In this document: in pieces, positions 37,101-48,913 of the stretch
Position numbering within the stretch: position 1 is the stretch's first letter
How the letters are laid out: every line of letters starts with the position of its first letter
Origin: Azolla caroliniana
Taxonomy: Eukaryota; Plantae; Polypodiophyta
DNA length: 64,000 nucleotides
NCBI GenBank assembly: GCA_043228905.1
Contig: JBHGNT010000015.1
Coordinates: forward strand, 16,492,001 to 16,556,000
Reading direction: 5' to 3'
Made by a program: the position numbers and the translations under genes
Notes under the pieces: model-generated
Database searches by the model: none
What the model was told of the DNA's origin: nothing
The model's input: the letters and a program-made list of their open reading frames with translations, nothing else

Positions 37101-39551
37101 AGTTCCGGCGTCTTCGGCACAGTAAACTCGAGTCGGATTCCCTTCGAGCGACAGTACTCCTGGAACTGCCCTCGGTATTCCCCTCCGTTATCCGCTCGTA
37201 TCGCTTTCAGCTTCTTGCCGGATTCTCTTTCCACTCTCGCATGGAGTTCTTTGAAGACGGACAACACTTGGTCCTTTGTCTTCATCGGTGCCGTCCACAG
37301 TTTTCGGCTATGATCATCGATGAATGTTACGAAGTACTGGGCTCCGCCATGTGACTTCGTCTCTACCTGACACACGTCAGTGTGCACCAACTCCAATGGT
37401 GCGCTACGTCTCGTCGGTGGCCTTGAGTGGAAGGAGGTTCGGTTCTGCTTACCGGCCAGGCAATCGGTGCACTTCTCCAGGTGCACGTGCTTCACTGGGA
37501 TGAGGTTGTCTTCTGCAAGCCTCTTCATCCCCTTCTCACTCATGTGGCACAGTCTTTTGTGCCACAGCTCACCGGCAGTGTCGGCTGCCACATTCAGCTC
37601 CTCCGGACATAGCCGGGAATTCATCAGGTACAGAGTGTTGACCTTCCGGGCCCGAGCCACTATCAGGCTCCCCTTGCTGAACTTCATGACACCGTCCCGG
37701 ATGCTACCCGTGTAGCCTTCATCATCTAGCCTCCCGGCCGAGATCAGGTTCAATCGGACCTCCGGAACGTGTCGCACATTCTTCAGCAGCAGCTTGCATC
37801 CGGTTGATGTCATCAGCCACACGTCTCCTATGCCGGCAATCCGGCATGTGCCTTCATTTCCCATCCGGACACAGCCATGTTCACCGGCTGTGTAGGATGA
37901 GAAGTATTTCTTCTCCGGGGTCAGGTGGAACGACGCTCCGGAATCGACCACCCAGGTCATCTCTTCACCGGCAAGGTTTAGCTCCGTCTCTTCGGTAATG
38001 AGCATTATCTCTTCTTCACTTGCCGCGAATGCCGTCGTTCCTTTCCGGTCCTGCCCTCGCCGATCCGGACCTCTCCGGTCCGTGGCTCCCTGGTATGCAC
38101 CGTTTCTCTCCGGTGACTTCTTCGAATCGGTGTCGTCGGCTCCGTTGTCCTTTCGGTAATGCCGACAGTTCTTCCGGAAGTGCCCCGGCTTCCCACAGTG
38201 GAAGCATGTTGGCCTTCCTCTTGACTGCGACCGGGTCCCCGACTTCTCCCGTCTTTGCGGACTCCGGTTCCACTGTCTTCCCCGATCCGATTCGGTAAAC
38301 AGCATCTTCGGGTCGGAGGCCGGTTCCTTATCTCTCCGACGCGCTTCTTCATTCAGAATACTTGTCTTTACCGTTTGTAGGGACAAGTTATCTTCGGTGC
38401 AGGAGGTGCTAAGAGTCACCACCAAGTTCTCCCAGCTGTCCGGCAATGTACACATCAGGATGATGGCTTGCATTGCATCCTCCAACGGGAACTTGATCGC
38501 CGCAAGCTGATTCACGAATCCCATGAACGTGCTTACGTGTTCTACCATACTCTCGCCGTCCCGGTACTTGAGGTTCACTATCTTCCTCATCAGGGAGGTC
38601 CGGTTCAACGCATTCTTCCTCTCATAGAGGCCAGACAGCTTCTTCCACATCTCGTATGCGTTGGTGTCGTTCGCCACATGTTGCAGGACGCTTACGTCGA
38701 CATATTGTCGGATCGTCGCTACGGCTTTCCGGTTCAGGAGCTTCCACTCCGACTCAAGTACCCCCTTCGGTATTTCCGACCTGTCAATCGGTTCGTACAG
38801 GTCCCGAACAATCAGAAGATCCTCCATCTTGATCTTCCAGTCGGCGTAATTCTGTGCATTCAGCACCATCATCATCGGCTGCCCGCTGCCGCCGCCTTCC
38901 ATTTTCTGCAACAGTCGCTCTGATACCAGTTTGTTGAGAATTGACGCTTCTATTCACCTTCTTATCTCGGCCACAACCGATTAATCGCGGATCAATGGAG
39001 CAGAAAATAGGAAACACACGTAGAAACAAAACGAAGAAACGCGAGTACACAAGGATTAACGTGGAAAACCCTAAACGGGGAAAAACCACGGGAGTACAAG
39101 ACTCCAAACAACACTATACAGAGAAGTATACAATGACGAGCTCCAAGGCGACGACCTTGAGCTCGCTGTCCTCGCCACAGGCGGCGGAAATACACAGAGG
39201 CGTCTACCTCTTTCTCTCTCGCGCTCTCTCTCTTTCTCTCTCTCACGGCTGCTCTCTCTTCACTCCTCTAAAGTGGAAAAACAGAAAAATGAGAAGCAAC
39301 AGAAAAACTGTTTGCCCTAAGTCATATTTATACTTATATGACTTTGGGCTATTTACAACTATAGCCTCAGGGGGCTCGTAGCGAACATATTCACGGATAT
39401 GTCCCTGCATCCGGATCGCTCTCCGGGTACATTCGTCATCCGGCACCGAAGCCGGGGTCTTCGTCATCCGGATCCGAAACCGAAACCGGGCTTGTCGGCA
39501 TTCATCTCCGATATCCGACCATCCCATCCGAAAGGGACCGAAATCCCAACA
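34199..39551 (-). mobile_element. Intact Tnt1/Tork-like copia I, nested in H RT: 620-bp LTRs 34199-34818 and 38932-39551; PBS 38917-38928
   Basis: TSD GTACT at 34194-34198 and 39552-39556; no LTR differences seen; PPT at 34821-34830. Confidence 0.97.
34829..38911 (-). CDS. Gag-Pol polyprotein of copia I (1360 aa; Gag-PR-INT-RT-RNase H)
   Basis: Uninterrupted ORF with CFHCGKPGH, DSGASFH, HTDV/DNGGEY/NGLAER, YVDDML, KHIQRRYH, SDMLTK. Confidence 0.97.
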   Translation of the reverse strand: MQKMEGGGSGQPMMMVLNAQNYADWKIKMEDLLIVRDLYEPIDRSEIPKGVLESEWKLLNRKAVATIRQYVDVSVLQHVANDTNAYEMWKKLSGLYERKNALNRTSLMRKIVNLKYRDGESMVEHVSTFMGFVNQLAAIKFPLEDAMQAIILMCTLPDSWENLVVTLSTSCTEDNLSLQTVKTSILNEEARRRDKEPASDPKMLFTESDRGRQWNRSPQRREKSGTRSQSRGRPTCFHCGKPGHFRKNCRHYRKDNGADDTDSKKSPERNGAYQGATDRRGPDRRGQDRKGTTAFAASEEEIMLITEETELNLAGEEMTWVVDSGASFHLTPEKKYFSSYTAGEHGCVRMGNEGTCRIAGIGDVWLMTSTGCKLLLKNVRHVPEVRLNLISAGRLDDEGYTGSIRDGVMKFSKGSLIVARARKVNTLYLMNSRLCPEELNVAADTAGELWHKRLCHMSEKGMKRLAEDNLIPVKHVHLEKCTDCLAGKQNRTSFHSRPPTRRSAPLELVHTDVCQVETKSHGGAQYFVTFIDDHSRKLWTAPMKTKDQVLSVFKELHARVERESGKKLKAIRADNGGEYRGQFQEYCRSKGIRLEFTVPKTPELNGLAERMNRTIMERVRSMLAHAKLPKGFWAEAMSTATYVINRSPSVPLDGDTPQKVWTGKEVSYRHLKVFGCLAYVHVAKDRRGKLDPKTRPCIFLGYGDDEFGYRVWDPVDKKIFRSRDIIFMENKTLADWESEKKMKSSKSTGEDQLYEEQSRPARDRLALEDPAEDSEDTEPAEEDENDTGTGPDPEMVSDEEESEEPVTEAPERRYPLRERRAPRRFPEPEHVLLTDEGEPESFEEAKHDTQSRRWLSAMQDEMDSLHENHTYELVELPKGKRALRNKWVFKLKPGDAGNPPRYKARIVVKGFQQKKGVDFDEIFAPVVKMTSIRTVLSIAASMDLEVEQMDVKTAFLHGDLEEEIYMQQPEGFEKKGKEHLVCRLKKSLYGLKQAPRQWYRKFDSFMTDEGYLKTQSDHCVFVKKFEGGDFLILLLYVDDMLIVGRDQVKIRMLKKALHRTFSMKDLGPARQILGMHIIRDRKKKQLWLSQEKYVTKVLQRFNMSEARPVGSTLPANCKLTSKQSPKTKAEKEDMMEVPYASAVGSLMYAMVCTRPDIGYAVGVVSRYMSNPGKEHWNAVKWILRYLKGTANVCLRFGSGKPELEGFTDSDMSADADTSRSTSGYVMTYAGGAVSWQSRLQKTVALSTTEAEYMAAVEADKEIIWMKDFIRELGIRQEEYRLYCDSQSAIHLAKNAAYHSRTKHIQRRYHWIRERIEDKEFVLTKIHTDENGSDMLTKVLTPDKLEACRKRIGLERHPMPK

Positions 39552-42500
39552 GTACTTGACCTTGTACACCCACTTGCATCCGATCGGTTTACAATGACGG
39601 GGAGGATCAACTAGGTCCCAAGTTTCGTTGGCATCGAGTGCCCGCATTTCTTCGTCCATAGTGGCACGCCAATTTGCATCCTTTGCCGCTTCTACGTAGC
39701 TCTCCAGCTCACGCACTTCTGTCACCTTAGTCATGTACGCATAGTGATGCGCCATGTATTCATTGTACCCGTACCGCATGACGGGATCCTTCTGGCGGGT
39801 TGATCGGCGCAACGCACCATCACCTGATTTGAGGCCCTTCTTGGCCAGTTCGGTCTTTGTTGCCGAAGATCCGCCTTTCTCCTTTCCGGAGTCGGATACG
39901 CACCGATCCGACTCATCGTTGCCGATTTCGAATTCCGGCATCTTCCTCTTCCCCTTCTCTTTGTGCGTGAACCGTTTCCTCGGTTCCTTGCGCGGGGAGA
40001 GCACGGCAGAGTCTCCACCACTTGTCGTTTCTTCATCCGACTGGTCTAACCGACTTAGTCGCTCGTTCGGTCCACTCAACCGTAACGATTCCAGACTCTC
40101 ATCTTGAGTCCCGGCTCCATCATCCTCTGCCAGGGCTAATTCAGGCTCACTGGCCTGATCTTCCGGCATTGGGTCGGGATCGGAAGTCGGAGTCGGTACG
40201 GAGTACCAGGATGCCGATTCATCAAACTCGACATCCCGGTTAACTCGGACTTCCTTCGTCCGGGGGTTATAGCACTTATACCCCTTTTGCTCTTCAGCAT
40301 AGCCGACTAGGATGCATTTTTCCGATTTTGCATCCAGCTTTCTCCGCTTCTGATCCGGCACATGGACATACGCTATGCTGCCGAATATCCGAAGGTGTTT
40401 TAAGTTCGACTTGCGCCCGAAATACAGCTCATGAGCTGACACCTTGTCACCAATGCGGTTTTGTATGTAGACGGCTGTCCGGACCGCCTCTGCCCAGTAG
40501 AACCGGGGCATGCTCTTCTCCTCCAGCATTGCCCTTGCCGCTTCGACGAGTGTCCGGTTCTTCCTTTCGGCCACACCGTTCTACTCCGGTGTGTATCTGC
40601 AGCTGAACTCTCGCCGAATTCCCTTCTGCTACAGATAACTAGTGAATTGGCCGGAAAAATATTCCTTTCCGCCATCCGACCGAAGGCATTTGATCTTCCT
40701 CTCCGATTCCCGTTCCACCATCTTCAGGAAGCTCCGGAAACAGTCGAAGACTTCGCTCTTCCGCTCAATGAGGTAGATCCAAGTATGTCGAGTATAGTTG
40801 TCGATGAAGGAGACGAAGTATCGGCTCCCCCCAAGGCTTACACTTTGTGCCGGTCCCCATACATCCGAATGGATGAGATCGAGCTTGTTACGGCTCCGGT
40901 TCCGTTCGGTGGGGAATGGAAGCCGGTGTTGCTTCCCAAGTTGGCAGGCTTCACAAATTTCGGCTCTCCGGCCGCTGAGCTTCGGCAAACCAAAAACGAC
41001 TTGTTTCGTTTGCAGGTCTTGAAGCCTCCGGTAGTTGACGTGACCTATCCGCTTGTGCCACAGGTCGATATCCGACTCGACCTTCTGTCAATTCGTGAAC
41101 AGAGCGGTGCCAAAGTCATTGGTGTTGAGGATAAACATCCTCCCGTCTTTGCGCCCTTGCGCAATGACTTTGCCCTCATCCTTAATGAAGCACCCGAGGT
41201 GCGTAAACCGCACCTGCATCCCCTGGTCGACAATCTGACCGACGGACACCAGGTTCTTCGTGATTGTCGAAACGTGTAATACGTTCATCAGCTTCCCTTT
41301 CTGTCCGACATGGCTTAGAGGGACTTCTCCGACATGCACGATTGGGTGAGGAGTGTCGTCTCCTATTTCGACTACTCCTGGTTGATCCGGTTTCTCCAGA
41401 AAGGAGAACCACTCTTTGTGGTTCGTCATGTGGTTCAACGCGCCGGAATCAACATACCACACTTCCTCCGTTTTGGAAGTGGTCTTCTTCATTGAGTTTG
41501 CCTTGTGATTCATCACCAAGGCTGGCCCCTTACCGGCCTTTCCGGTTCCGGATCCTCCTGATCCGTTTGCGTAGTGCGAGTTTTGCCGGCCATCCTTACC
41601 GGTCTTGCTGGATCCGGATTTGTCCGAATCGGCACGCTTTCTCCAGCACTCGCTTTCCCTGTGGCCTTTTTTGCCGCAGTACCAGCATTCCGTAGCGGAT
41701 TTGTCTTGCCGGCCTCCGGCACCGCCTTGACTCCCCCTGCTTGTGGAAGTCCCAGAACTGTTGTCGGCACGCTCATAGTGCCTTCGTTCCTGCTCTTGCC
41801 GGCCGCCTCCATTGCGTGCCGACCCACCTCTTCCACCACGCCCACGGAGCCGATCCGTTCCCGTGTACAGCATTCGGCTGTCCGGGGATGCACTGGTAGA
41901 TGCACCGGCGTGGTTCTCCTCTACAAGGAGCATCGACTGTAAGTCGAAGAATGAGGGGGTATTCTCCCTTGTACACACCGCAGTCCGGAACGCTCCGAAC
42001 TTGGATGCCAGGCCTCCGAGACATACCTGCACGCACCATCTCGTCTTCCTCTACGGTAACATTGATAGAGGCGAGCGAGTCGCATATCTCCTTTATCCGG
42101 CCCGTGTAGTCTGCCACGGACATGTTCTTCTGTCGAACATTGCTTAGCTCCTGTCTGAGTTGTAGCTTCCGGGCAATGGTGCTTGCAGCGAAAACCTTTT
42201 TCAAGTTCCCCCAAGCATCCTTCGGTGTCTTGGCATCACAGATGTGGCTGAGCAGCTGATCACCGACACTGGACGCGAAGCAGTACATCACCCTGCTTGC
42301 CGCCTGTTCCCATACCGAGAAGTCCGTGTGTGCCAAGTCGGGCGCCGCATCATTCGCTCCTTCAACATAACTCCAGTACCCGTGTCCAAGCAGGTACTGG
42401 TGCATCTTGTAAGACCAGGATGCGTAGTTGCTCCTGTCGAGCTTCTCCACTGGGAGCGCGTAGCCATGCCTCTATCCATGTCTTCTACTGTGTCTGTTTT

Positions 42501-44610
42501 CGACCTGTTAGGGTTTTCTTCTCAAGAGTAAATGTCTGCAGCAGAGGTTCTCAACCCTGGCGCTCTGATACCATGTAAACGTAAGTGTTTGCGGAAGCGT
42601 AAAATAGAGAACAACACACAGAGAGAGAAAGAGAGAGACAGAGACAGAGACAGAGAGAGCAGAACACAATTTCAAAATTATATCAAGACTCTGTGCACAC
42701 ACTGTGCTAAGTAGCACTATTTATACAAGTCCTCTTGGGACTGACAGAAGTACCACGTACTTCAATGCTCACATGACCATCTGACACTTACTACGAGACT
42801 ATAGCTACCTAGTAGTCTATCCTATACTAGGCTTCTGATTGGACTTCCGGTTACGGATTGCACCCGGCCTCCACTGCTTGCCGGTTCGGTTGCTCACCGT
42901 CATACCGATCCGTTTCGCCTGATCCGTCTCGTTTACCGGCTCCGGCTTATTCAGTCGATCCGGCTCCGGTTGAGCTTGCCGCTCAACAGATCCATTGTCG
43001 TCAGTATGGATCTTCACGAGGGTAAACTCTCCTTCTTGGACTTTCTCCCACAACCAGTGATACCTTCTCTATATGTGCTTGGTCCGAGAATGGTATGCAG
43101 TATTCTTGGCTAGATGTATGGCACTCTGGATGTCACAATGAAGCAAGAAATCCCTTTGCTTCATCCCCAGCTCGCTGAGAAAGTTTCTTATCCAAATCAG
43201 CTCCTTGTCGGCCTCTACCACTACAATATACTCTGCCTTTGTGGTCGACAAGGCCACAGACTTCTGCAATCATGACTGCCACAACATTGCTCTCCCTGCA
43301 TAGGTCATCACATACCCTGATGTGAATCGGCTTGAGTCTACATCCCCTGATATGTCTGAGTCAATAAACCCTTTGAGCATGGGTTTTCCAACACCATAGT
43401 TAAGACAAACGCCCGAGGTGCCTTTTAAGTACCTGAGTATCCATTTCACCGATGTCCAGTGTTCTCGTCCTGGATTACTCATATATCGGCTTATTATTCC
43501 CACAACAAATGCTATGTCTGGTCTCCTGCAGACCATAGCGTACATTAAACTGTCAACGCCTGAGGCATATGGTACTTTCCTTATCTCAGCCTTTTCTTTC
43601 TCCCCTCTCGAGCATTGTTTTCCATTTAACTTGCAGTTAGTCGGCAACACCGAGTTGACTGGCTTTGCTTCCGACATGTTGAATCTTTCTAGGGATCTTC
43701 GTCACGTATTTTTCTTGTGACACCCATAGCACTTTCTTAGTTCTATCCCCAACTATGTGCATCCCTAAGATCTGCTTTGCTGTTCCAAGATCTTTCATAG
43801 CAAACGATTTGCCTAGAGCTTTCTTCAAGCTTTTGATCTTCCTTGTATCTTGACCGACTATCAACATATGTCATCTACATAAACCAAGAGAATCAAGAAA
43901 TCACCTTCTTCATACCTTTTGACAAACACACAGTGATCAACTTGTGTTTTCGGGAACCGATGTTCTACCATGAAGGATTCGAACTTCTTGTACCATTGGC
44001 ATGGAGCTTGTTTCAATCCATACAAGCTTGTCTTCAGTCGACACACCAGGTTCTCTTTTCCTTTCTCTACAAAGCCTTCGTGCTGCAATTTGTAGATCCC
44101 TTCCTCTAGCTCCTTGTGCAAGAATGTTGTCTTTGTCGAAATTCCGTGCTCGGCCACAACCGAGGAACTGGATCGATTCACAGAAAACGGGAAATACAAC
44201 AATGCACGAAAACAATAGAGAGAAGGGTACACTGGATGTTTTACGTGGAAAACCCTAAATGGGAAAAACCACGGGAGTGCAAGACTCCAACTATCACTAT
44301 ACGCGGGAATGTACAATGGCGAGCTGCAAGGCGACGACCTTGAGCTCACTGTCCTCGCCACAGGCGGCGGTATTACACAGAGGCGTCGACCTCTTCCTTC
44401 CTCTTTCTCTCTCACTCTCTCTCGGCTGCTCTCACTTCGCTCCCTCTTAGTGGAAAACAGAAAAATGAGCAACAACATAAACTGTTTGCCCTAAGTCATA
44501 TTTATACACATATGACTTTCGGGCTATTTACAAATATAGCCTCAAGGGCTCTTGGCAAACATATTCACAAATATGTCCCCGCATCCGGATCTCCCTCCGG
44601 GTACATTCGT

Positions 44611-44768
44611 CATCCGGCTCCGTAACCGGGGTCTTCAGCATCCGGCTCCGTAGCCGGGGTATTCATCATCCGGCTCCGTAGCCGGGGTCTTCATCATCCG
44701 GCACCGTAGCCGGGGTCTTCATCATCCGGCTCCGTAGCCGGGGTCTTCATCATCCGGCACCGTAACCG
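44611..44768. repeat. 28-bp tandem repeat, 5 copies plus a partial, in the U3 of the J LTR (also 49422-49579)
   Basis: Unit CATCCGGCTCCGTAGCCGGGGTCTTCAT. Confidence 0.93.
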
Positions 44769-44839
44769 CAACCGGGCTTGCCGTCATTCATCTCCGGACA
44801 TCCCATCCGGAGGGACCGAAATCCCAACAAACTCCCCCT

Positions 44840-47800
44840 TCACTTCGGCATGGGATGTCTCTCCAATCCGACCCTCTTCCGGCACGCTTCCAGCTTGTCG
44901 GGTGTGAGCACTTTGGTCAGCATATCTGACCCGTTCTCTTCCGTGTGGATCTTCGTCAGCATGAACTCCTGGTCTTCTATCCTTTCCCGGATCCAGTGAT
45001 ATCTTCGCTGGATGTGCTTCGTCCGGGAGTGATAGGCCGCGTTCTTCGCAAGGTGGATGGCACTCTGACTGTCGCAGTAGAGTCGGTACTCCTCTTGCCG
45101 GATACCGAGCTCTCTAATGAAGTCCTTCATCCATATTATTTCCTTGCCGGCTTCAACAGCCGCCATGTACTCCGCCTCCGTGGTTGACAACGCAACCGTC
45201 TTCTGCAGCCTCGACTGCCACGAAACAGCTCCCCCTGCATACGTCATCACATACCCTGATGTGGACCGGCTGGTATCTTCATCAGCCGACATATCCGAAT
45301 CGGTAAAGCCGTCGAGTTCGGGCTTACCGGAGCCGAATCGGAGGCACACGTTTGTCGTGCCCTTCAGGTATCGGAGTATCCACTTGACCGCGTTCCAGTG
45401 GTCTTTGCCGGGATTGCTCATGTACCGGCTCACCACTCCGACTGCGTATCCTATGTCCGGTCTTGTACACACCATTGCGTACATCAAGCTTCCGACGGCA
45501 GAGGCATATGGTACTTTCATCATGTCCTCCTTCTCAGCCTTTGTCTTGGGGCTCTGCTTGCTGGACAACTTGCAGTTTGCCGGGAGGGTTGACCCGACCG
45601 GTCTTGCTTCCGACATGTTGAACCGGTGAAGCACCTTTGTCACGTACTTCTCCTGTGACAGCCACAACTGCTTCTTCTTCCGGTCCCGGATGATGTGCAT
45701 CCCTAGTATTTGCCTCGCCGGACCCAGGTCCTTCATTGAGAAGGTTCGGTGAAGAGCCTTCTTCAGCATCCGTATCTTGACCTGGTCCCGTCCGACGATC
45801 AACATGTCGTCCACGTATAGGAGGAGTATTAGAAAGTCTCCTCCTTCGAACTTCTTCACAAACACGCAGTGATCGGACTGCGTTTTGTGGTACCCTTCGT
45901 CGGTCATGAAGGAGTCGAACTTCCGGTACCATTGCCGGGGAGCCTGCTTCAGTCCGTAAAGGCTCTTCTTCAACCGGCATACCAGGTGCTCCTTCCCTTT
46001 CTTCTCGAATCCTTCCGGTTGCTGCATGTAGATCTCTTCTTCGAGGTCACCGTGAAGGAATGCCGTCTTCACGTCCATCTGTTCTACCTCGAGGTCCATG
46101 CTTGCCGCTATGCTCAGCACCGTCCGGATGGAGGTCATCTTCACTACCGGGGCAAATATCTCGTCGAAGTCGACGCCCTTCTTCTGCTGAAACCCCTTCA
46201 CCACGATCCTGGCTTTGTATCTCGGGGGGTTTCCGGCATCTCCCGGTTTCAGCTTGAACACCCACTTGTTTCGAAGTGCCCGCTTTCCTTTCGGCAACTC
46301 CACAAGTTCGTATGTGTGGTTCTCATGCAGGGAATCCATCTCGTCCTGCATGGCACTCAACCACCTGCGGCTCTGGGTGTCATGCTTTGCTTCTTCAAAG
46401 CTCTCCGGCTCCCCCTCGTCGGTTAGCAGCACGTGCTCTGGTTCCGGAAATCTCCGGGGGGCCCTTCTCTCTCTTAGAGGATATCTCCGTTCCGGGGCTT
46501 CGGTAACCGGTTCTTCCGATTCTTCTTCATCCGAATCCATTTCGGGATCGGGGCCGGTTCCGGTATCATTTTCATCTTCTTCGGCCGGTTCTGTTTCTTC
46601 ACCGTCTTCGGCCGGATCCTCGAGAGCTAACCGGTCCCTTGCCGGTCGGGACTGCTCCTCGTAGAGTTGATCCTCACCGGTCGACTTGGAGCTCTTCATC
46701 TTCTTCTCCGACTCCCAGTCGGCGAGTGTCTTGTTCTCCATGAAGATGATATCTCGACTCCTGAATATCTTCTTGTCGACCGGGTCCCATACTCGGTAGC
46801 CGAACTCGTCGTCGCCGTAACCGAGGAATATGCATGGCCGGGTCTTTGGATCTAGCTTTCCTCTCCGGTCCTTTGCCACATGCACGTATGCGAGACACCC
46901 GAACACCTTCAGATGCCGGTAGGACACTTCCTTACCGGTCCACACTTTCTGCGGCGTGTCTCCGTCCAAAGGTACTGAGGGTGATCTATTTATCACATAC
47001 GTCGCCGTCGACATTGCCTCAGCCCAAAACCCCTTGGGTAATTTCGCATGCGCCAGCATACTCCGGACCCTCTCCATTATGGTCCGGTTCATCCTCTCGG
47101 CCAGCCCGTTCAGTTCCGGCGTCTTCGGCACAGTAAACTCGAGCCGGATCCCCTTCGAGCGACAGTACTCCTGGAACTGCCCCCGGTATTCCCCTCCGTT
47201 ATCCGCTCGTATCGCTTTCAGCTTCTTGCCGGATTCTCTTTCCACTCTCGCGTGGAGTTCTTTGAAGACGGACAACACTTGGTCCTTTGTCTTCATCGGT
47301 GCCGTCCACAGTCTTCGGCTATGATCATCTATGAATGTTACGAAGTACTGGGCTCCGCCATGTGACTTCGTTTCTACCTGACACACATCGGTGTGCACCA
47401 ACTCCAATGGTGCGCTACGTCTCGTCGGTGGCCTTGAGTGGAAGGAGGTTCGGTTCTGCTTACCGGCCAGGCAATCGGTGCACTTTTCCAGGTGCACATG
47501 CTTCACTGGGATAAGGTTGTCTTCTGCAAGCCTCTTCATCCCCTTCTCACTCATGTGGCACAGTCTTTTGTGCCACAGCTCACCGGCAGTGTCGGCTGCC
47601 ACATTCAGCTCTTCCGGACATAGCCGGGAGTTCATCAGGTACAGTGTGTTGACCTTCCGGGCCCGAGCCACTATCAGGCTCCCCTTGTTGAACTTCATGA
47701 CACCGTTCCGGATGCTACCCGTGTAGCCTTCATCATCTAGCCTCCCGGCCGAGATCAGGTTCAATCGGACCTCCGGAACGTGTCACACATCCTTCAGCAG

Positions 47801-48913
47801 CATCTTGCATCCGGTTGATGTCATCAGCCACACGTCTCCTATGCCGGCAATCCGGCATGTGCCTTCATTTCCCATCCGGACACAGCCATGCTCACCGGCT
47901 GTGTAGGATGAGAAGTATTTCTTCTCCGGGGTCAGGTGGAACGACGCTCCGGAATCGACCACCCAGGTCATCTCTACACCGGCAAGGTTCAGCTCCCTCT
48001 CTTCGGTAATGAGCATTATCTCTTCTTCACTTGCCGCGAGTGCCGTCGTTCCTTTCCGGTCCTGCCCTCGCCGATCCGGACCTCTCCGGTCCGTGGCTCC
48101 CCGGTATGCACCGTTTCTCTCCGGTGACTTCTTCGAATCGGTGTCGTCGGCTCCGTTGTCCTTTCGGTAATGCTGACAATTCTTCCGGAAGTGCCCCGGC
48201 TTCCCACAGTGGAAGCATGTGGGCCTTCCTCTTGACTGCGACCGGGTCCCCGACTTCTCCCGTCTTTGCGGACTCCGGTTCCATTGTCTTCCCCGATCCG
48301 ATTCGGTAAGCAGCGCCTTCGAGTCGGAGGCCGGTTCTTTATCTCTCCGACGCGCTTCTTCGTTCAAAATGCTTGTCTTTACCGTTTGTAGAGACAAGTT
48401 ATCTTCGGTGCAGGAGGTGCTGAGAGTCACCACCAAGTTCTCCCAGCTTTCCGGCAATGTACACATCAGAATGATGGCTTGCATTGCATCCTCCAACGGG
48501 AACTTGATCGCCGCAAGCTGGTTCACGAATCCCATGAACGTGCTTACGTGTTCCACCATACTCTCGCCGTCCCGATACTTGAGGTTCACTATCTTTCTCA
48601 TCAGGGAGGTTCGGTTCAACGCATTCTTCCTCTCGTAGAGGCCCGACAGCTTCCTCCACATCTCATATGCGTTGGTGTCGTTCGCCACGTGTTGTAGAAC
48701 GCTCACGTCGACGTATTGCCGAATGGTTGCAACGGCTTTCCAGTTCAGAAGCCTCCACTCCGTCTCAAGTACCCCCTTGGGTATTTCCGACCTGTCGATC
48801 GGTTCATACAGGTCCCGAACAATGAGCAGATCCTCCATCTTTATCTTCCAGTCGGCGTAGTTCTGCGCATTCAGCACCATCATCCCCGGCTGCCCGCTGC
48901 TGCCGCCTTCCAT
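44840..48913 (-). pseudogene. Gag-Pol of copia J with one in-frame TGA at 47783-47785
   Basis: ORFs 47783..48970 and 44840..47764 are in the same frame; element I has CGA (Arg) at this codon. Confidence 0.92.

Larger units (their letters stand above)
31661..42988 (-). mobile_element. Copia H (Ale/Retrofit-like), nested in G RNase H: 415-bp LTRs 31661-32075 and 42574-42988; PBS 42562-42573; PPT 32076-32087
   Basis: TSD GATCC at 31656-31660 and 42989-42993; gag/PR/INT/RT/RH ORF pieces with a few stops and frameshifts; about 10 LTR differences counted by eye. Confidence 0.95.

Noticed and set aside
39243-40574. 443-aa ORF as a new fusion protein
   Set aside because: H integrase/RT reading by chance into the LTR of inserted element I at the TSD.
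34844-48860. Plus-strand ORFs antisense to copia pol
   Set aside because: Shadow ORFs from codon bias; they recur only because I and J are sister copies.
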